From the NCBI GenBank assembly GCA_040285825.1, contig JAUPSS010000002.1, positions 2,666,001-2,730,000 of the forward strand: a stretch of DNA of 64,000 bases. Reading direction: 5' to 3'. A program made the translations under genes and the position numbers. The notes under the pieces were generated by a model. The model did not search any database. It was not told the origin of the DNA and saw nothing but the letters and a program-made list of their open reading frames with translations. Of this stretch, positions 60,294-64,000 are shown in pieces. This DNA comes from Eukaryota sp. TZLM1-RC. Taxonomy: Eukaryota > Protista > Metamonada: BaSk clade. How positions within the stretch are numbered: position 1 is the stretch's first letter; every line of letters starts with the position of its first letter.

Positions 60294-61303
60294 TATTCTG
60301 ATATGGGATACTGATTTTGTGGAACTTCCTCCAAGAAGCTTGCTCTCCTTACCACTGACTTTTCCAAAATTGCAGAAACAAATCTTGAAAGTTTTAGAGA
60401 ACTTGGATTATATTGTACGTCTTAGCTTGGCTAAGGAAAAAAATCCCGTTTTTGCAAACTTTTTGATTGATCTTGAAGACAGTTGTTCAAGTTGCCTAAT
60501 CTCCCAAATTCCCAACATTTATGGCCTTCTACTTAATGATCACCAATGGACCACTGCAATGAGAATGAGATGTTTTCTATGGCCTTGTTCATCACCAAAT
60601 GATTTAATTTGTAGCTGCAAGAGTGTTGTTACGCTTTCCCATATTTTAAACTGTAAGTATTTTATAACTTATCGCTCAATTGTTCATGACTCAGTTCGTG
60701 ATCAATTATATGCCATGTGCAAAAGTTTCAATATAGAGGCATTTATTGAGCCATTAGTACGTAAGCTGTCTTCAGATCAAACTGATGATTCCTTTGGTAA
60801 AAGAAGGGCAGATTTAGTAGCTCCAGGGATCGATGGTGTTCTCAATGTTGTAGATGTTGTCTCAGTTGATGTTTGCAAAAATTCTGCTGCTCGTTTAGTG
60901 TATTCCGCTGATTCGCCGTTATCTAACGCCGAAAAAAAGAAGATAAAAAAATATGAAGAACCTTTGGCACAGTTAGGTAGAGTGGAACATGTGAAATATC
61001 AGTTTGTGCCGTTTGCAATTTCTCTTTTTGGCAATATTGGACCTTCAGGGTTGCGCTTTTTTGAAAATTTTAAAAAAGTGTTACTGATTAGGTCTGGTAA
61101 AACAATGAATTCCACTTTCTGGTTAAATAGAATTGTTTTTTGCATTTTCAAGTCTATTCCAACAATGATTTCAAAGGCACTTTTAGCTATTGGTGTAGAA
61201 TATGAACGCAATTCTGTCAGTAGGTTCAGTAATAGTGACGCTTGTTTGGAGGATATTGAATTCTAGATGGGTTTTTATCTCATTAAATATTCCAGTTAAA
61301 AAA
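60294..61303 (+). mobile_element. 5'-truncated RLE retrotransposon family 2 inserted into the Fanzor E right end
   Basis: ORF 60319..61266 (CSCK..HILNC, HDSVRD, RRADL, VVDVVSVD); 10-bp TSD AATTATGGGA at 60284-60293 and 61304-61313. Confidence 0.88.
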
Positions 61304-61376
61304 AATTATGGGAATTTCCCATATATAAATATTGCTTTAAAAAAGACACTTGCTTCATTGTTATTGACAATATCTG
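61304..61376 (+). mobile_element. Distal right end of Fanzor E (...ATATCTG|TA), 5 nt upstream of the SERCA ATG
   Basis: GACACTTGCTTCATTGTTATTGACAATATCTGTA matches 34102-34135 at 30 of 34 positions. Confidence 0.7.
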
Positions 61377-61381
61377 TAAGA

Positions 61382-64000
61382 ATGAGTCAGTACGAGTCAG
61401 TTCCTATATCTAATACTGTCTTGGAACCTTTTCCGTGGTCTGTTGATGAGCATGTTTTACTTCAAAAGTATGGAGTAGAACGCGATACTGGTCTTTCTGC
61501 ATTCGAGGTTCGCAATCGACTTCAAACCTTTGGTCCTAATGTTCTTCCCATGCCTTCACCACCTTCACTCCTTTCACTTATTCTTGATCAATTTAAAGAC
61601 ACTATGGTAATTGTTCTTGTTCTCTCAGCCCTCATTTCGTTTTTCCTCGCTTTCTTTGAAGAAGGAGCAGATCGAGTAACAGCATTCGTAGAGCCATGGG
61701 TCATTATTGCAATTTTGGTTGTAAATGCTCTCATTGGTATTATTCAAGAGCGCAAGTCCTATGTCGCAATCTCTGCACTCAAACAACTAACCACAACCAA
61801 GTGTTTTGTCCTTCGTCAAAAAAGACTATCCGAACTTGATGCCGACTTGATCGTCCCAGGAGACATAATCCATGGTTTGTCACTTCTACTCAATATCTTA
61901 CCCTAGTCCGTCCTGGCCAAGCTGTCCCCGCAGATGCTCGTCTCCTTGCTGTCACCTCCTCCTCTGAACTCACAGTAGATCAGTCCGCCTTTTCTGGAGA
62001 AAATGAACCCTGTCTGAAGGAAGTCAGGACCATTCCCTCAGTCCAAGCTGAAACCCACCAACTATCCTGCATGCTGTTTGCCGGCTCCACTATCGCAACT
62101 GGAGCTGCAGTTGCCGTTGTTACATCCACTGCAGGGAATACTAAGCTAGGATCCATTTCAAGCTCCCTCACTGAAGATTCACCACCTTCCCCTGTTCAAC
62201 GTAAACTTGACCAATTTGGAATTCTTTTAGGAAAGATTATTTTAGTTATTTGCTTGTTAGTTTGGATTCTAAATATTCCTCAGTTTGCTAGGGGTAAGAG
62301 TGTAATCTCTGGTGCCATTCATTACTTTAAAATTGCTGTTTCTCTTGGAGTTGCAGCCATTCCTGAAGGTTTGCCTGCAGTCATTACTACCTGCTTGGCA
62401 TTGGGTAGCAACAGAATGGCCAAGAAGAAAGCTATTGTTCGTCATTTAAATGCAGTGGAAGCTTTGGGTTCAGCTACGGTTATTTTGACTGATAAGACTG
62501 GAACTCTGACAACTAATCAAATGACTGCTAAAAGAATCTTTACGTTTGACTCATCATGTAGGAGGAATTTTTTTGAAGTTGAAGGATTTAGTTATGAACC
62601 TAGAGGTCACGTTACGACAGTCAACAACACATCACCTTCCCAATCAGATCACATCATCCTACGACAAGTTGCCGAAGTCAGTCTTGCTTGCAACGATGCT
62701 TCTTTGTTTTATTCCGAAAAAGAACTTTCCTACTCTGTAATTGGAGATCCTACTGAAGGTGCATTATTGTGTCTGTCTGAAAAAATCATTAATCCTCAAC
62801 ATTCTGGAGAGGTTGTAGTAGAACAGTTAAGAGCACAAAAGAAAAGAATCCGAACAATTGATTTCAACAGAGAACGCAAACGAATGACAGTCATTACTGA
62901 TTCTGGTATCTATGTGAAGGGAGCAATCGAAACTGTTTTGCCATTGTGTAAAAACGCTTGTCTTCCAATTAAAGATTCTTATGGTTCTCCTCTTTCAACC
63001 CCACTCACTGAAGAAATGGCGGAAACTGTTGAAGAAAGCGCCAAAAGTATGGCCAGTCAAGGTTATAGAGTCTTAGCCCTAGCTGCAAGAAGCACTACTT
63101 CTTCTCATTCCACTATCAATGTAGAAGGGGATCTCTCTTTCATTGGGTTGGTAGGCCTTCACGATCCACCACGTCCAGAAGTTCCTGATGCTATCCAAAA
63201 GTGTAATAAAGCTGGTATTAAGGTTGTTGTCGTCACTGGTGATTCTAAGGAAACTGCTATCGCTATTGGCCAGAGAATTGGCTTGGTCACTGGAAGAATG
63301 ATTGGGGAAGATCGTTACACTTGCATTTCGGGAAAAGCCTTCCACAAAATGCCAGCTCATCAACGGTCAGCAATCGTGAATGAGCTAGTGATACTGTACA
63401 GGGTTGAACCTGAACACAAACGATTACTCGTGTCCACCATGCAGAACAACAAACACATCGTTGCTATGATCGGGGATGGAATCAATGATGCTGCTGGTAT
63501 CAAACATGCTGATATTGGTATTTCTGTGGGTTCTGGGACTGCGGTAGCTCAACAAGCTGCAGACATTGTTTTGGCAGATAGTAACTTTGCTACTTTGATC
63601 TCAGCCATTGAGGAAGGAAGGTCGATTTTTACCAATATGCAGCAATTCATTCGGTATTTGGTTTCTTCTAATATTGGCGAAGTGTTGTGTATTTTCTTTG
63701 CAGTTTTATTAAGATTACCTGAAATCCTCATTCCCGTCCAATTACTTTGGGTCAATGTCACTACTGATTCTGCCCCTGCTACCGCCTTGTCGTTCAATAA
63801 AGCTGATAAAGACATCCTTGATCAGCCACCAAGAGATCCCAATCTTCCCATCGTTACTCTCCACACCTTCTACCGTTACATGGCTATTGGACTTTGGGTC
63901 GGTATCTCTACTGTTCTTGGTTATGTTTGGTGGTTCTTATGGGCACCCCAGGGACCCCAGATCACTTGGTTTGATTTAACCCATGCCAAAGATTGTACAG
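61382..64000 (+). CDS. P-type IIA (SERCA-like) Ca2+-ATPase, runs off the window; 32-nt intron at 61875-61906
   Basis: AFVEPWVI, VPGDI..VPADAR, AAIPEGLPAVIT, DKTGTLT, GDPTEGA, DPPRPEV, GDGIND, SSNIGEV, QLLWVN. Confidence 0.95.

Noticed and set aside
61202-61381. N-terminal extension of the SERCA ORF in the ORF track
   Set aside because: It runs through the retroelement tail and the Fanzor end; ATPase-like sequence starts at ATG 61382.

Overview
AT-rich, gene-dense eukaryotic DNA from a flagellated protist: it carries IFT80, tiny 29-33 nt spliceosomal introns and prokaryote-like genes. A metamonad-like anaerobe is my guess, not shown. About 16 host genes (RTF1, Skp1-like, TRAPPC5, MFS transporter, NAP1, BRO1-domain, E2F/DP-like, IFT80, metallothionein, VPS51, F-box-like, AmmeMemoRadiSam radical SAM enzyme, SERCA and others) and an initiator-type tRNA-Met are separated by nests of mobile DNA. 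The mobile DNA comprises one full-length chromodomain Ty3/gypsy element with very short LTRs, a hAT end, about 13 5'-truncated RLE-type (CRE-like) non-LTR retrotransposon copies, and about 9 pieces from at least 5 families of Fanzor (eukaryotic TnpB-like RNA-guided nuclease) elements, here labelled A-F. Main observations: (1) four Fanzor right ends, the predicted omegaRNA scaffold ends, sit within 4-11 nt of host start codons in the sense orientation, so their predicted guides are the 5' ends of host genes. (2) One otherwise full-length Fanzor appears to have lost only its RuvC-I catalytic Asp, by a clean two-codon deletion. (3) A second Fanzor is probably intact apart from homopolymer indels; it is nested inside another Fanzor's right end with a guide-length 15-bp duplication carrying one mismatch. 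All family assignments come from motif recognition by eye; no searches were run.
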